Shown here piece by piece: positions 28,683 through 43,420 of a stretch of 64,000 bases of DNA (positions within the stretch are counted from its first letter, which is position 1; every line of letters begins with the position of its first letter). The translations under genes were made by a program, and so were the position numbers. The notes below the pieces were generated by a model. It did no database searches and was not told the origin of the DNA. It worked only from the letters and a program-made list of their open reading frames with translations. Source of the DNA: Octopus sinensis (lineage: Eukaryota); contig NC_042997.1 in NCBI RefSeq assembly GCF_006345805.1, positions 103,726,001-103,790,000 on the forward strand, read 5' to 3'.

Positions 28683-28758
28683 TAACAGTTTTCGAAAAAA
28701 ATTCTATCAATGGCCAGCATATTAAAAAATACCTTTAAAGGTTAGATTTATAAACAAG

Positions 28759-29160
28759 GGCAGGAGTGGCTGTGTGGTAAGTAGCTTGTTTACCAACCAC
28801 ATGGTCCCGGGTTCAGTCCCACTGCGTGGCACCTTCTACTATAGCCTCGGGCCGACCAAAGCCTTGTGAGTGGATTTGGTAGACGGAAACTGAAAGAAGC
28901 CCGTCGTATATATGTATATATATATATATGCGTGTGTGTGTTTGTGTGTTTGTGTGTCTGTGTTTGTCCCCCTAGCATTGCTTGACAACCGATGCTGGTC
29001 TGTTTATGTCTCCGTTACTTAGCGGTTCGGCAAAAGAGACCGATAGAATAAGTACTGGGCTTACAAAAGAATAAGTCCCGGGGTCGAGTTGCTCGATTAA
29101 AGGCGGTGCTTCAGCATGGCCGCAGTCAGATGACTGAAACAAGTAAAAGAGTAAAAGAGT
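28759..29160 (+). mobile_element. SINE family B, full length
   Basis: A box TGGCTGTGTGG, B box GGTTCAGTCCC, internal TA/TG microsatellite, (GTAAAAGA)n tail. Confidence 0.92.
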
Positions 29161-29293
29161 AAGGGCAAAAGAAAAAAATTCTAATGCCAAATTCTAATGC
29201 GAAATATTTGTCTATTTTGAGTATATTTGGCCATAGAATCTTTTTCTTTTGCCATTGTTTATAAGTTGGTTGATATATATATATATATATATA

Positions 29294-29342
<49 letters not shown>

Positions 29343-29575
29343 CTAAACCTCGCTAAGATAAATATTTCAATTACCTGAAGATTGACTGTAACCATAACTC
29401 GAATTATTACGAATTGTACAGCCATAAAACGATCGTAGTGTTTTACTCTTTATCTTTATTATACTTTTAATACTTTTGATATATATTTAAAATAATATAA
29501 ATTAATTAATTTTATATTGGCTTATGTTGTTCATTGTTTGATTTGCCTATATGGTTTTATCTCTAATTTAATATA

Positions 29576-29627
<52 letters not shown>

Positions 29628-30034
29628 GCAGGAGTGGCTGTGTGGTAAGTAGCTTCCTAACCAACCACATGGTTCCGGGTTCAGTCCCACTGCGTGGCAT
29701 CTTGGGCAAGTGTCTTCTGCTATAGCACCAGGCCGACCAATACCTTGTGAGTGGATTTGGTAGACGGAAACTGAAAGAAGCCTGTCGTATATATGTATAT
29801 ATGTATATATGTATGTGTGTGTTTGTGTGTCTGTGTTTGTCCCCCTAGCATTGCTTGACAACCGATGCTGGTGTGTTTACGTCCCCGTCATTTAGCGGTT
29901 CGGCAAAAGAGACCAATCGAATAAGTACTGGGCTTACAAAGAATAAGTCCTGGGGTCTATTTGCTCGACTAAAGGCGGTGCTCCAGCATGGCCGCAGTCA
30001 AATGACTGAAACAAGTAAAAGAGAGTAAAAAGAG

Positions 30035-30035
<1 letters not shown>
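29628..30035 (+). mobile_element. SINE family B, full length
   Basis: Near-identical organisation to 28759-29160, including the cttgggcaagtgtcttct central motif. Confidence 0.92.
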
Positions 30036-30061
<26 letters not shown>

Positions 30062-30065
<4 letters not shown>

Positions 30066-30677
30066 ATAAATCTCTGAGCGAGGTATAAACAGTAACTGCT
30101 CTTTAATATAAGCGGGATCAGCCATCTGAATGTGGCTAGGGACAGGGCGGGGTGGTGGGGGTGTTACTGATGCATTTAGCCCCAGGCGACTATAGACGTC
30201 ACTACCGTGATGGTGTCGGCTCTTCTAGTGACGTCTATAGTCGCCTGGGGCTAAATGCATCAGTAACACCCCCACCACCCCGCCCTGTCCCTAGCCACAT
30301 TCAGATGGCTGATCCCGCTTATATTAAAGAGCAGTTACTGTTTATACCTCGCTCAGAGATTTATTATTGTTTTCGAACAGATTTTCGACGCCAGTGCCTG
30401 TGGTTACTGTCAAAATCTATATATAACTGGCCTGTACAGGAAGTCCCTCAACGAAGAACGGTGCTTGCCATGCGCTGACGAGAGGCGATTACCTCGAAAC
30501 CGGTCCGTGTGTAGCATCCGTATCTTCGGGGAGGCTGATCTCCCTTTGCAGGCCAGCAAGGACACCGTGATGGTGTCGGCTCTTCTAGTGACGTCTATAG
30601 TCGCCTGGGGCTAAATGCATCAGTAACACCCCCACCACCCCGCCCTGTCCCTAGCCACATTCAGATGGCTGATCCCG

Positions 30678-30684
<7 letters not shown>
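30062..30684 (+). mobile_element. Hammerhead-bearing non-autonomous retroelement (Penelope pLTR-like or retrozyme-like): inverted arm plus 1.34 tandem copies of a 360 bp unit
   Basis: 30062-30204 is the perfect reverse complement of 30226-30368 (143 bp, 21 nt spacer); 30204-30324 is repeated exactly at 30564-30684; (TA)n on both sides. Confidence 0.8.
30469..30511 (+). ncRNA. Minimal type I hammerhead ribozyme
   Basis: CATGCG-CTGACGA-GAGG(CGATTA)CCTC-GAAA-C(CG)G-TC-CGTGTG: full CUGANGA/GAAA core, 4 bp stem II, palindromic ACCGGU stem III, GUC cleavage after 30505, 6 bp stem I. Confidence 0.85.
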
Positions 30685-30720
<36 letters not shown>

Positions 30721-31149
30721 TCATACACACCCACTCACACACACATCTATACATACACACACGCATGCACACGATTATATATACATCTACATGCATATAT
30801 ATATATATATTTATATATATTATATGCATATAATATATTAAATATATGTATTATATTGAATGTACGTATAATATATTACGTTCACGTATATACATCTTGA
30901 AACCAAGTTGAATACAATAGCGAAAATTAATAATCTATAATCGATAATCAAATAAGTTTCAAGAATCAATATTGAATCAAATATAGCAAATATTTGAACA
31001 ATGCTTCCTGTGAGAAATTTTCTTTAATTTAAATTCATTTTATCTGCTGTCGCTATCGTTTTCTGACGGTTCTGCCGATTTCGTTGGCGGCTGATTTTGG
31101 GGGAGTTAGCGGTGATTTTTGGTGGTAGTGAATTTTGTATTGTTGTTCT

Positions 31150-31990
31150 TGTTCGTGGTTGTAATGGCTTCGGCTGTGCTGGTGGTGGTGGTGGCTTAGG
31201 TTGTGCTGTAGGTGGTAGTGGCCCCGGTTATGTTGGTATTCGTGATTGATGGTGGTGGTGTTGTTTGTGTTGGGGCGGGTGATAATGGGGGTATCCCTTG
31301 TGGTGTTCTAGTGGTGGTTGTGGAGGTGGTGGTGATTGTGATGATGGTGGCTGTGGTAGTGTAGGTGATGATGTATGTGGTAATGGTGGTGGTGGGGGCT
31401 GTGGTAGTGGTGGCGGTTGTGGTTGTTGTAGTAGTAATGGTCGTGTCATAGTATTGATGGTAGTTGCGGTGATAGATATAGTAGTGGTGGTGGTAGTGGT
31501 AGCGGTGATGGTTTTTGTGATTGCAGTGGTGATGGTCGTGTCACTGATATTGATGGTGGTTGTGGTGATGTTGGCGTGTGACAATAGTATTGATGGTGGT
31601 GGTGGTTGCGGTGTTTGCTGTGGTGTTGATTGTGGTGGTGGGGGTTGTGGTAGTGGCGGCAATGGTGGTGGTGATTGTGGTTGTTGCAGGGGTGATGGTC
31701 GTGTCACTGGTAGTGATGGTAGTTGCGGTGGTGGAGATGGTAGTGGTGGTAGTGGTGGTGGTATTGGTAGCGGTGATGGTTGTTGTGGTGATGTTGATGT
31801 GTGACACTAGTATTGATGTTGGTGGTGGTGGTGGTGGTTGAAGTGGTGGTGGTTGAAGTGGTGGTGGTTGAAGTGGTGATGGTAGTTTCACTGGTACTGA
31901 TCGTGGTGATAATTGTGTTGATAGTGGTGGCGGTTGTTGTAGTGTCGAACATGATATGGATGCCCATATTCAAAATGGTTGCTCTTAGTG
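31150..31990. repeat. Degenerate (GGT/GAT/GTA)n trinucleotide array with cryptic higher-order repeat
   Basis: Recurring landmarks gtgtgacactagtattgatg (~31799), gtgtgacaatagtattgatg (~31576), gtcgtgtcactgatattgatg (~31536), gtcgtgtcatagtattgatg (~31440). Confidence 0.85.
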
Positions 31991-32547
31991 GTAGTGATGG
32001 TGAGGGCATGAATGTTATTGTTTCGGTTACTCTGTGATTGTGTGGCAAGGCAGCGAGGAAAGAAAGCCCCCTCTCATGCCGATTCCTCTTTTGTTTGTTA
32101 GAATAATGCTGTAAAGAATAACATGACTACGTGCTATCACCATGCCACCAACAACGAATCCGCCATTTTGTGCTCAGATACAAACAGGACAAAGGGAAGG
32201 TGATGTGTGAGAGGACGAATGATGAGGTGTTGGAAAATATGAGATTGCTGTTGTGCTTTTGTTGTTATTGCCTGCTTCTGTCCTGGTTACTGTTATTGTT
32301 GTTGTTGTTGTTGTTGTTGCTGGTTTAAGTGATGTTGGTACTCTAAAAACAACTGGCAACGTTAGGCAAGGGCAGAGAGCAGGTTTAACCGAGTGAAAAC
32401 AAACCTTAAAAGTGATATTTTCTTTGATTGGTACGGTTGTTTCTAAACTTTAATAATGGCCTCTGCTCTTCTGCCGGTTAGCCACTTGGCTAGTTAATGG
32501 CAACTGAATGTAATAGGATGAAAGCAAAGGGTAAAGACAATACGTAC

Positions 32548-35723
<3,176 letters not shown>

Positions 35724-35725
35724 AC

Positions 35726-35757
<32 letters not shown>

Positions 35758-35874
35758 TCATATATACATATACATATATGTATATATACATATATATATG
35801 TACATATATATACACATATATATATATAAATGGATCTATATATTTATATCTATCTATCTATTTATCTATATATC

Positions 35875-35934
<60 letters not shown>

Positions 35935-35969
35935 TATATATATATTATATATATTATATATATATATTT

Positions 35970-36135
35970 ATGGATCAAAACAGTTTGATTCAAATTCGCT
36001 GGTACTCCGTGTTTCAAGCGTGATGTGTTAGTTTTTAACCATTTCGAATTTTATTCAAATTCAAAATGGCTGAAGACTAGTATCACGCTTGAAATTAGGA
36101 GTACCAACGAATTGAATCAAACTGTTTTGATCCAT
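35970..36135. mobile_element. 166 bp foldback / MITE-like palindrome
   Basis: Outer 24 bp perfectly inverted (ATGGATCAAAACAGTTTGATTCAA); pairing continues imperfectly to a 5 nt loop at 36052-36056. Confidence 0.75.
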
Positions 36136-36210
36136 GCAGGTAATTCCCAATAATATGTTTAGTGTCCTTCTTTCGAATGTCTACTCACTCGAATACAGAC
36201 ATATATACAT

Positions 36211-36283
<73 letters not shown>

Positions 36284-36307
36284 TATATACATATATATAT
36301 ATAATAT

Positions 36308-36377
<70 letters not shown>

Positions 36378-36686
36378 ATATGTATAGTTAGAGAGGCAGA
36401 GATGAAAGAAAACCACAGGGTCTCATACATTAGCCGAACAACTTAACTAAATTTGTCTTTGCAATTAAGTCTAAAAGCAACAAAGAATGGAGATGAGATG
36501 AATTCTCTGGTCTATAAACATGCAATGCAGTAAGGGATGTTCTTTCTTTGGAAAGCCAATTTGCAAAACTAATGCGCTTGTTCTAATCTTTTTAGAACTC
36601 ATCAGCGAAGATAACTGAACTCAGTTAAACTTAGAAATGATTGAGTAAGCATACAAACAAAAGGGAACCGGTCGCACACACACACA

Positions 36687-36755
<69 letters not shown>

Positions 36756-37129
36756 ATCATCTTTAAATCTAGTCATCATTATCGTTACTGTTAATCTCTA
36801 TTATCGAACTATCATACTGTAATTAAGGGTATAAATATTTTCTAATAGGTACGTTTCGTCTCTCTATGTCTGATTTTCCTTTAAAAAGGATTATTCTCAT
36901 AATTTACAATACCTCATACACTGAATAAAAAAATCTCCTTGTCTCTTGCTTTTCCTTATCTTTGCGTTTAGATACTTAAGTAATATTTGAAGTACTAATT
37001 ATGTGTATATATTATGAAAGAAATGAGAAGAATTATAATGGAAATGACTTGAAATTCTCATAACGAAGCATTTTCTTAGATCACATTTTCCATAAAATCT
37101 TTTCGAAAACCCGCATTATATTGATTTCA

Positions 37130-38295
37130 AATTTTGACACAAGGCCAGCAATTTCTTGGGGAGTGGGTAAGTCGATTAAATCTACTCCCAGTGCTCGTCT
37201 GGTACTCATTTTATCGACTCTGAAAGGATGAATGGCAGAGTTGAACTCCGAGGAATTTGAACTCAGATTGTGAGGACGGGCGAAATGCCGCCAAGCATTT
37301 TGCTCGGCGTGCAAATGATTCTGCTAGCTGGCCACCTTAAATACCTATATTAAAATTATATTGATTTTTACGTATTTGTTTTTTGGGTACTTTTTTTTGT
37401 CGTACTAGTCTCTTCAGTTTGAAGTTTTAGGTACATATTCCATTAAAACAGCATAAAGGCATTGAAATAACCAAGTTAGTTGCATAAACTAAGCAATTAT
37501 TTATTCTCGTTAAAACCCTATGAAAAGTTTATTATCGTTGATCTACTACCATGTCAGAAACATATCTAGGATTACATTATGCAAGATATCCTTCTGTTAT
37601 TGAGATGGTAGGATGTGCTTTAAAACATATTTAGCTGGGTATTTTAAGCAGGTCAGGTCGAGAAGAGCTTATTAGAAACAAGCAATCGTTTGTTAATTGA
37701 AATTACGTAATATTTGTGATTAAATACCAATATCGATTATGTAACGGAGTTGATGCAATTACACCATTCATTCAAGACCAAAAAAAGTATATACGCGTAT
37801 TCTAATACTTTACAAATACCGTTAGACTATGCTTCCTGAAGAGTCCTACAAAGACTGAAACATGACTAGAATTCTTACACCACATTGAGGAAGATTAGAT
37901 GCATGCCCAAATGCATTTTGATGATTGATTAATTGTAATTAGATAAAATTGCAGGGCTGTTCCTTCATCATTTTTTTGAATCAGTGTTTGTAATTTAGAT
38001 AAAGATAGATCTCATCCTTGAGTGTGTAATTTTATTTGATCAAAATTCCCTAATTTGACATCATGTATGCAATTTAATATTGGTTTCGAATTGTGGCACA
38101 AGGGCCGCAAGTTCTTTGGAGGGGATAAGTCGATTACATCGACCCAATGCTCAATTTGTACTTATTTTGTCGATTCTGAAAGAATGGAAGACCGAGTCGA
38201 TTTCGAGATAATTTGAACTCATAATGTAAAGACAGACGAAATGCTGCTATAAGCATTTTGCCAGGTGTGCTAACTATTCTACCAGCTCCCCGCCC
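37130..38295 (-). mobile_element. Two SINE A (short-tail) copies at ~37130-37337 and ~38085-38295
   Basis: Head ...gaatttgaactc... and tail cacaag(g)gcc.gcaa.tt. Confidence 0.8.
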
Positions 38296-39198
38296 TAATT
38301 TATGCTAGGTAATGCTAAATATTGATGTAGCAGGCGTTCATTGTATTTTCCATAGACATTCTTGCATGTTTGTTACGTCACACTATAATTGTTCACGAAA
38401 GCTTATACTAATCCCTAGTCAGTCTAAAATCTGCCAAGCACATCAGTTGGTGAGGTTCATGACAAAATTTGTCCGGTGTTCTTACCGTACTGTTGAAACC
38501 ATACTCACTTAATACGAGTTTCTTTAATTAAATGATCTTAATCAATTAATTTTTGTGGGTGTCACTTCTGCATTTTGCGGCCAGTAATTACCATTTAGAT
38601 AATGATTTATCCTCGTCATTAAAGGTGTAATTTTAATAAATAAGAATATCCTGTTTCACTATATCAAATACAAAAGCAGCTAATTTACAACAAATTTCGA
38701 GCATGTGCGTTGTCAAAGGCAATGATACTTTGTTGTTTTGCTTAATTTACAATTAAAAGTTTATATTTACTTAAATATTTCATTTACTCCTCCGTACGGT
38801 ACTCTTGCTCTTGAGCAACATACATTAGATTGTTTAAAAACACAGAGCAGCCTCGAAACAAGCGCCCAAAGGGGAAAGGATTTAAAAGTAGCTGTTTTCT
38901 AACAATTCAGAAGTTGACAACAAAATTAAACAGACGTTAAACAAATGTTACTTTTTTTTCTCTATTCGTCTCTTTAAAATGTTACTCACGTTTAATTTCT
39001 CATTTACGTCAGCTTCCTCTCGTTGCTTGTAATTGAGTGGATAAAATCCGCAGTGTGTTTCAGGCAAACTAATGAAATATGGGACCCTGATGCAGAAATA
39101 AATTACAATTTATAAAAGAAAGAAAAAAAATCATTTGCATTTTCTCACGTTTTCTGAAACCTTACGAGAAACTGCTTTGTAGAAAGTCAATCACACAC

Positions 39199-39412
39199 CT
39201 GCAAAGCGCCCCCTTTCATCTCCAAAGATGTTCCTCAGATTTGGTGTGCTAACGCTGTCAAATGCGGCGAACATTTCAATCTCCCTGAAAAAATAACTCA
39301 ACTTTGGCCTCTATGGTGTAGGTTACTTTTCTTCAGAACCTTTAGATTTATTACTTTCACAAGATGCACAAATAGGTACTTACGTAATCAGGGAATCAAA
39401 ATAAAGCTTCAT
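39199..39412 (-). CDS. Candidate two-exon small ORF start (39412-39384 joined to 39284-39199): MKLYFDSLITEIEMFAAFDSVSTPNLRNIFGDERGRFA...
   Basis: 99 nt intron 39383-39285 with GTAAGT donor and TTATTTTTTCAG acceptor; phases match; only this frame is open in the second exon. No homology recognised. Confidence 0.3.
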
Positions 39413-40464
39413 AAATCTATTAGCATGTCATGTCTCTTTTATCAAAGTACTTAACTGCCGCACCTCTAGCATAAAACGAAACCCATAATCTCCATTAATG
39501 AGGTGGCATCTAAGAAATTCTGTTTTCCGTCTTAAATAGAACGCTACGTCTACGCTCAATAATTTTCACCACAAGGTCATAGACAAGTAATAAACTCTAA
39601 AAAAAGCATATAGGCAAACCAGTTACTTTTAGTTTGCATCCACTAAACACATATGCATACATATATACGTACATACATTCACTGTCAAACAATAAAGAAG
39701 TTTTGGGTTCTATTTTCTAAACAATTATTATGGTAATACTACCGTTCGTACCACAGGTTTTGTCATATCAGCTTTTCAGTTGCTTTCAGAAACAAAGTTT
39801 ACATAAAACGTTTTTCTACTTTGTTTTATATATCAGACTACTAAATTGTATTCTAATTTATATTTTCCTTCATCCAATTTATTGAATGAGATGAATCAAT
39901 GTCTCATAGTAAAGTGGCGTCAGAATATAGCAGAAATCAACAGTATTTAAGATATATTAACCACTATTGTGTTTCGAGTCTGTTACATTGAATATAAAAC
40001 AGAGCTAAGTAACACGTTCCAAAGATCATCTCACTGATTATTCAGAGACAACTGCTTACAATACATGAACATAGATACCAACAATTTATAAAGAGTTTAC
40101 GACGACAGGCCGGGGATATGTAACTAATTCTAAACATAAAGACTTCAACATAAAAAGGGAACAACTGTTGACTTATAATGGTTAGGACGCCAGGCAGGAA
40201 GTTCAAACACAGGAAGTTGAGAAAAACATTTGAAGAAGTGAATCTTTATATATAGAGTAATATTACTTATTTTTAATAAAAAAAAAATCAAGACCGTATT
40301 ATTCTTTCCAAAGTCGAATTATTCATGTACCTCAAGAATGGTACAGATAGATCCAAAGGTTTGAACGTGCATTGAGGACACACAGACAAGGCATTTATAT
40401 ATTAAGATATATATATATATAAGATATATATATATATATTATATATATATATATATAATGATAT

Positions 40465-40715
40465 ATATAATTCGAGACAAAACCACTATTTTGTCAAAAC
40501 AACAAGGAAAGACTTAATCAATACATAAAATTTTTAATATAAAGAAATAAACCGCCACTACAATCGTTTCATGTCTTCAATGACATTCGTCAGGTGGATT
40601 TTCGATCTCCTAATCTGCTTTAATTTTTTGTTTTGTCTCGAATTATATTATATAATATTTTACTAAAAATTGGATTTAATCCTAAATCTGATTTTTCCCT
40701 GTAAATTTGGATTTA
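40465..40715 (-). mobile_element. Small (TA)n-embedded element with a 19 bp inverted repeat flanking a hammerhead
   Basis: ATATAATTCGAGACAAAAC (40465-40483) vs GTTTTGTCTCGAATTATAT (40630-40648), perfect; TA runs on both sides. Confidence 0.65.
40555..40597 (-). ncRNA. Minimal type I hammerhead ribozyme
   Basis: Minus strand CCAC-CTGACGA-ATGTC(ATTGAA)GACAT-GAAA-C(GATT)G-TA-GTGG: intact core, 5 bp stem II, self-complementary ACGAUUGU stem III, GUA cleavage between 40559 and 40558, 4 bp stem I. Confidence 0.75.
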
Positions 40716-40939
40716 TACCCTAATAATATATATATATATATATATATATATCTATAATATATATATACGTATGCATGCATATACACACACACAACACAAA
40801 TATATATACACATGTATGCGTGCGTGCATGTGTGACTTTGCTATTCAACATGCTGAAATGTCGGTGCATATATACAAATGATAACTAATACTCCATCAGT
40901 TGGAAGAACATGAATATTAATATTATGTATGCAAAAAAT

Positions 40940-41490
40940 AAGGTGACGTGCTGGCAGAATCGTTAAACACGTTGGGGAAAATGATTGGTGGCATTTCGTT
41001 CGTCGACTTTGCCTTTCATACTTTCGGGGTCGAAAAATTAAGTACTAACTGAGCACTGGGGTCGATGTAATCGACGTACTCCCTTCCTGTGAAATTATTG
41101 GCCTTGTACCAAAATTTGAAACCAATATTATGAATACAAAATAAGACGACGAGCTGGCAGAATCGTTAGAAAGCTGAACATTTATACTTTATACTTTACA
41201 GTCTAAGTTTAAATTCCACCAAGGCCAACATCACCTTTGATCCATCGGGACTCGATAAAATAATGTGCTAGGGCCGATGTAATCGACGTTAATGGCGGTG
41301 AAATAGCAGAATTGTTAGTGCGTCGGTTAAATGGCTTAGCGGCATTTCTTCCTCTTCTACGTTCTGTGTTCAAATCTTGCTGAGGTAGACCTCGCTTTTG
41401 TTCCTTTCAGGTTGTAAATTACCACTGTCGCTGTAATTGAGTTGCCTTTCTCCTCAAAACTGCTAGCATTATGTCAAACTTAGGAAAATA
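40940..41490 (+). mobile_element. Cluster of 3-4 degenerate SINE A copies in the same orientation
   Basis: Repeated gctggcagaatcgtta heads and ccaaaatttgaaacc tails. Confidence 0.8.
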
Positions 41491-41959
41491 TTATAAATGT
41501 AAAAAGACTGAAAATAAGGGAATTAGCAAAGCTGCAGCACTGTCAGACAAGCTTTGAATCCAGTTCTCACCTAAGTGCATTTTGATATCCGATGTTGGAA
41601 AACTTACAATAAAGCAGTTATTCTAATCGAGAAAAGTGCAACCATTTTTTGTTTGTTTTTGCTGGAGCAGACAGCATTTAAACACTATCCGAAGCCTGCA
41701 CAGTACCATCTAAATATGACCAACAATCAATGTTCTCGCGCAACATTAATTTAAAATATAAATGAATCGAAGGCAATAACCGTATATCGAGGCTAGAGAT
41801 ATCAACGGAAGTAAAATAAATAAAATATATAAAAAGAAGAATGAATAAATAATAGATTTTTTAAAAAATGAAAGGAAAATTGTGATAAACGGATCGTGAA
41901 AATTTCGCGATCAATATAGATGTGATGCTTAGGTCATCTCTAGATATAGAACTAGACTG

Positions 41960-42096
41960 TAGAAATTATAGCCAGCGCCTGATTTTTGTTACGAGATTTC
42001 GTATCCGAGACGTCAGATGTAAACAAACAATGTGATCGAAGATGACGTCTCGGATACGAAACGTCGTAACAAATATCAGTGTTGCTATAATTTCTA
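41960..42096. mobile_element. MITE-like inverted repeat (~55 bp arms, 27 nt spacer)
   Basis: TTTCGTATCCGAGACGTCA vs TGACGTCTCGGATACGAAA perfect (19 bp); TAGAAATTATAGC also mirrored. Confidence 0.75.
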
Positions 42097-42467
42097 TACA
42101 ATGTATCTAGTGATAGCCTTAACAAGTAATGTAAAGCACACTGCTAACGCAGTAGAACGGGATATTGACTTATAAAAGTGTTTAATATACTTTATAGTAC
42201 ATTATGGTTGCATAACAAAATACCGCGTGCCTACATGTCATTAATATAGATATCATAAGCCGCTATATCCCACTAAATATTACCTGAGAGCTACTTCGGG
42301 ATCAAATAGCACTCACACACACGCGCACTCACACACACACACAAACACGTAAGAAAGAGAGAGACACAGAGAGAAATACATCCATATTTAAATAAATATT
42401 GCCCAATTCTGAAAATTTTTCATTTCTTGAATAACTTCGAGAGGCTGAATTTGAAGACATAGTTAAC

Positions 42468-42838
42468 CTGGGTGAAATGCTTAGCGGTATTTCGTCTGTC
42501 TTTACGATCTGAGTTCAAATTCCGCCGAGATCGACTTTGCCTTTCATCCTTTCGGGGTCGATAAATTAAGTACCAGTTACGCACTGGGGTCGATGTAATC
42601 GACTTAATCCGTTTGTCTATCCTTGTTTGTCCCCTCTATGTTTAGCCCCTTGTGGGTAGTAAAGAAATAGATATTTCGTCTGTCTTTATGTTCTGAGTTC
42701 AAATTCCGCCGCGATCGACTTTGCCTTTCATCCTTTCGGGGTCGATAAATTAAGTACCAGTTGCGTACTGAGGTCGATCTAATCGACTGGCCTCATCCCG
42801 CCAAATTTAGGGCCTTGTGCCTAGAGTAGAAAAGAATA
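42468..42838 (+). mobile_element. SINE A dimer (long-tail unit followed by short-tail unit)
   Basis: Junction gtagtaaagaaatagatatttcgtctg at ~42655-42685 restarts the core. Confidence 0.88.
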
Positions 42839-43179
42839 CATACATATATAAATATAGGAAAATTTTATAATTATAAGCATAATTATAATAAGGGTTCAGC
42901 AAAAATTGGTTCACCACATACCGAAATTTAGAAATAGCAGTTCAATACTATTCCACCACCATAAGACATCTCCCAGACAGTAATACTCTCGATTCACGCA
43001 GATAAAGAGAAAAAAATAACGAATCAACCCGACTTTGATTATATACGAGTTTCTGGGTTCTTTTAGCATACCGAACTACTTAGTGAAATTATTAATTATT
43101 GATTGATTAATTTATTTTACCCTTTATTATTATATAAATATAGATATAGATATAAATAAAAAGATAGATAGACAGATAT

Positions 43180-43420
43180 GTGTGTGGGTCTGTGTTTTTA
43201 TTTGCCCCCCCCCCACTGCCAATCAACGGATGTTGATCTCTTTTATGTCTCCGTAACTTAGCTGTTTGTCAAGAAGATCAATGGAATAAGTGCAAGACTT
43301 GAAAACAAAAACAAAAACAAATTAGTGTTAGGGTTGAGTTGATCGACTAAATCATCTAACTCATTGCTCCAGCATGGCCGCAGTCCAATGACCGAAACAA
43401 TACAAATGATAAAAGATAAG
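43180..43420 (+). mobile_element. SINE family B, 3' half, diverged
   Basis: ccgtaacttagc, ctccagcatggccgcagtc. Confidence 0.7.

Noticed and set aside
30152-30478. 108 aa ORF across the ribozyme element
   Set aside because: It spans the inverted-repeat junction, so it is a by-product of the rearrangement; GTG start and no homology recognised.
36570-36612. Minus-strand CTGATGA followed by a 7 bp stem (GTTCTAA/TTAGAAC)
   Set aside because: No GAAA after stem II and no convincing stem I; at best a relic, possibly chance.
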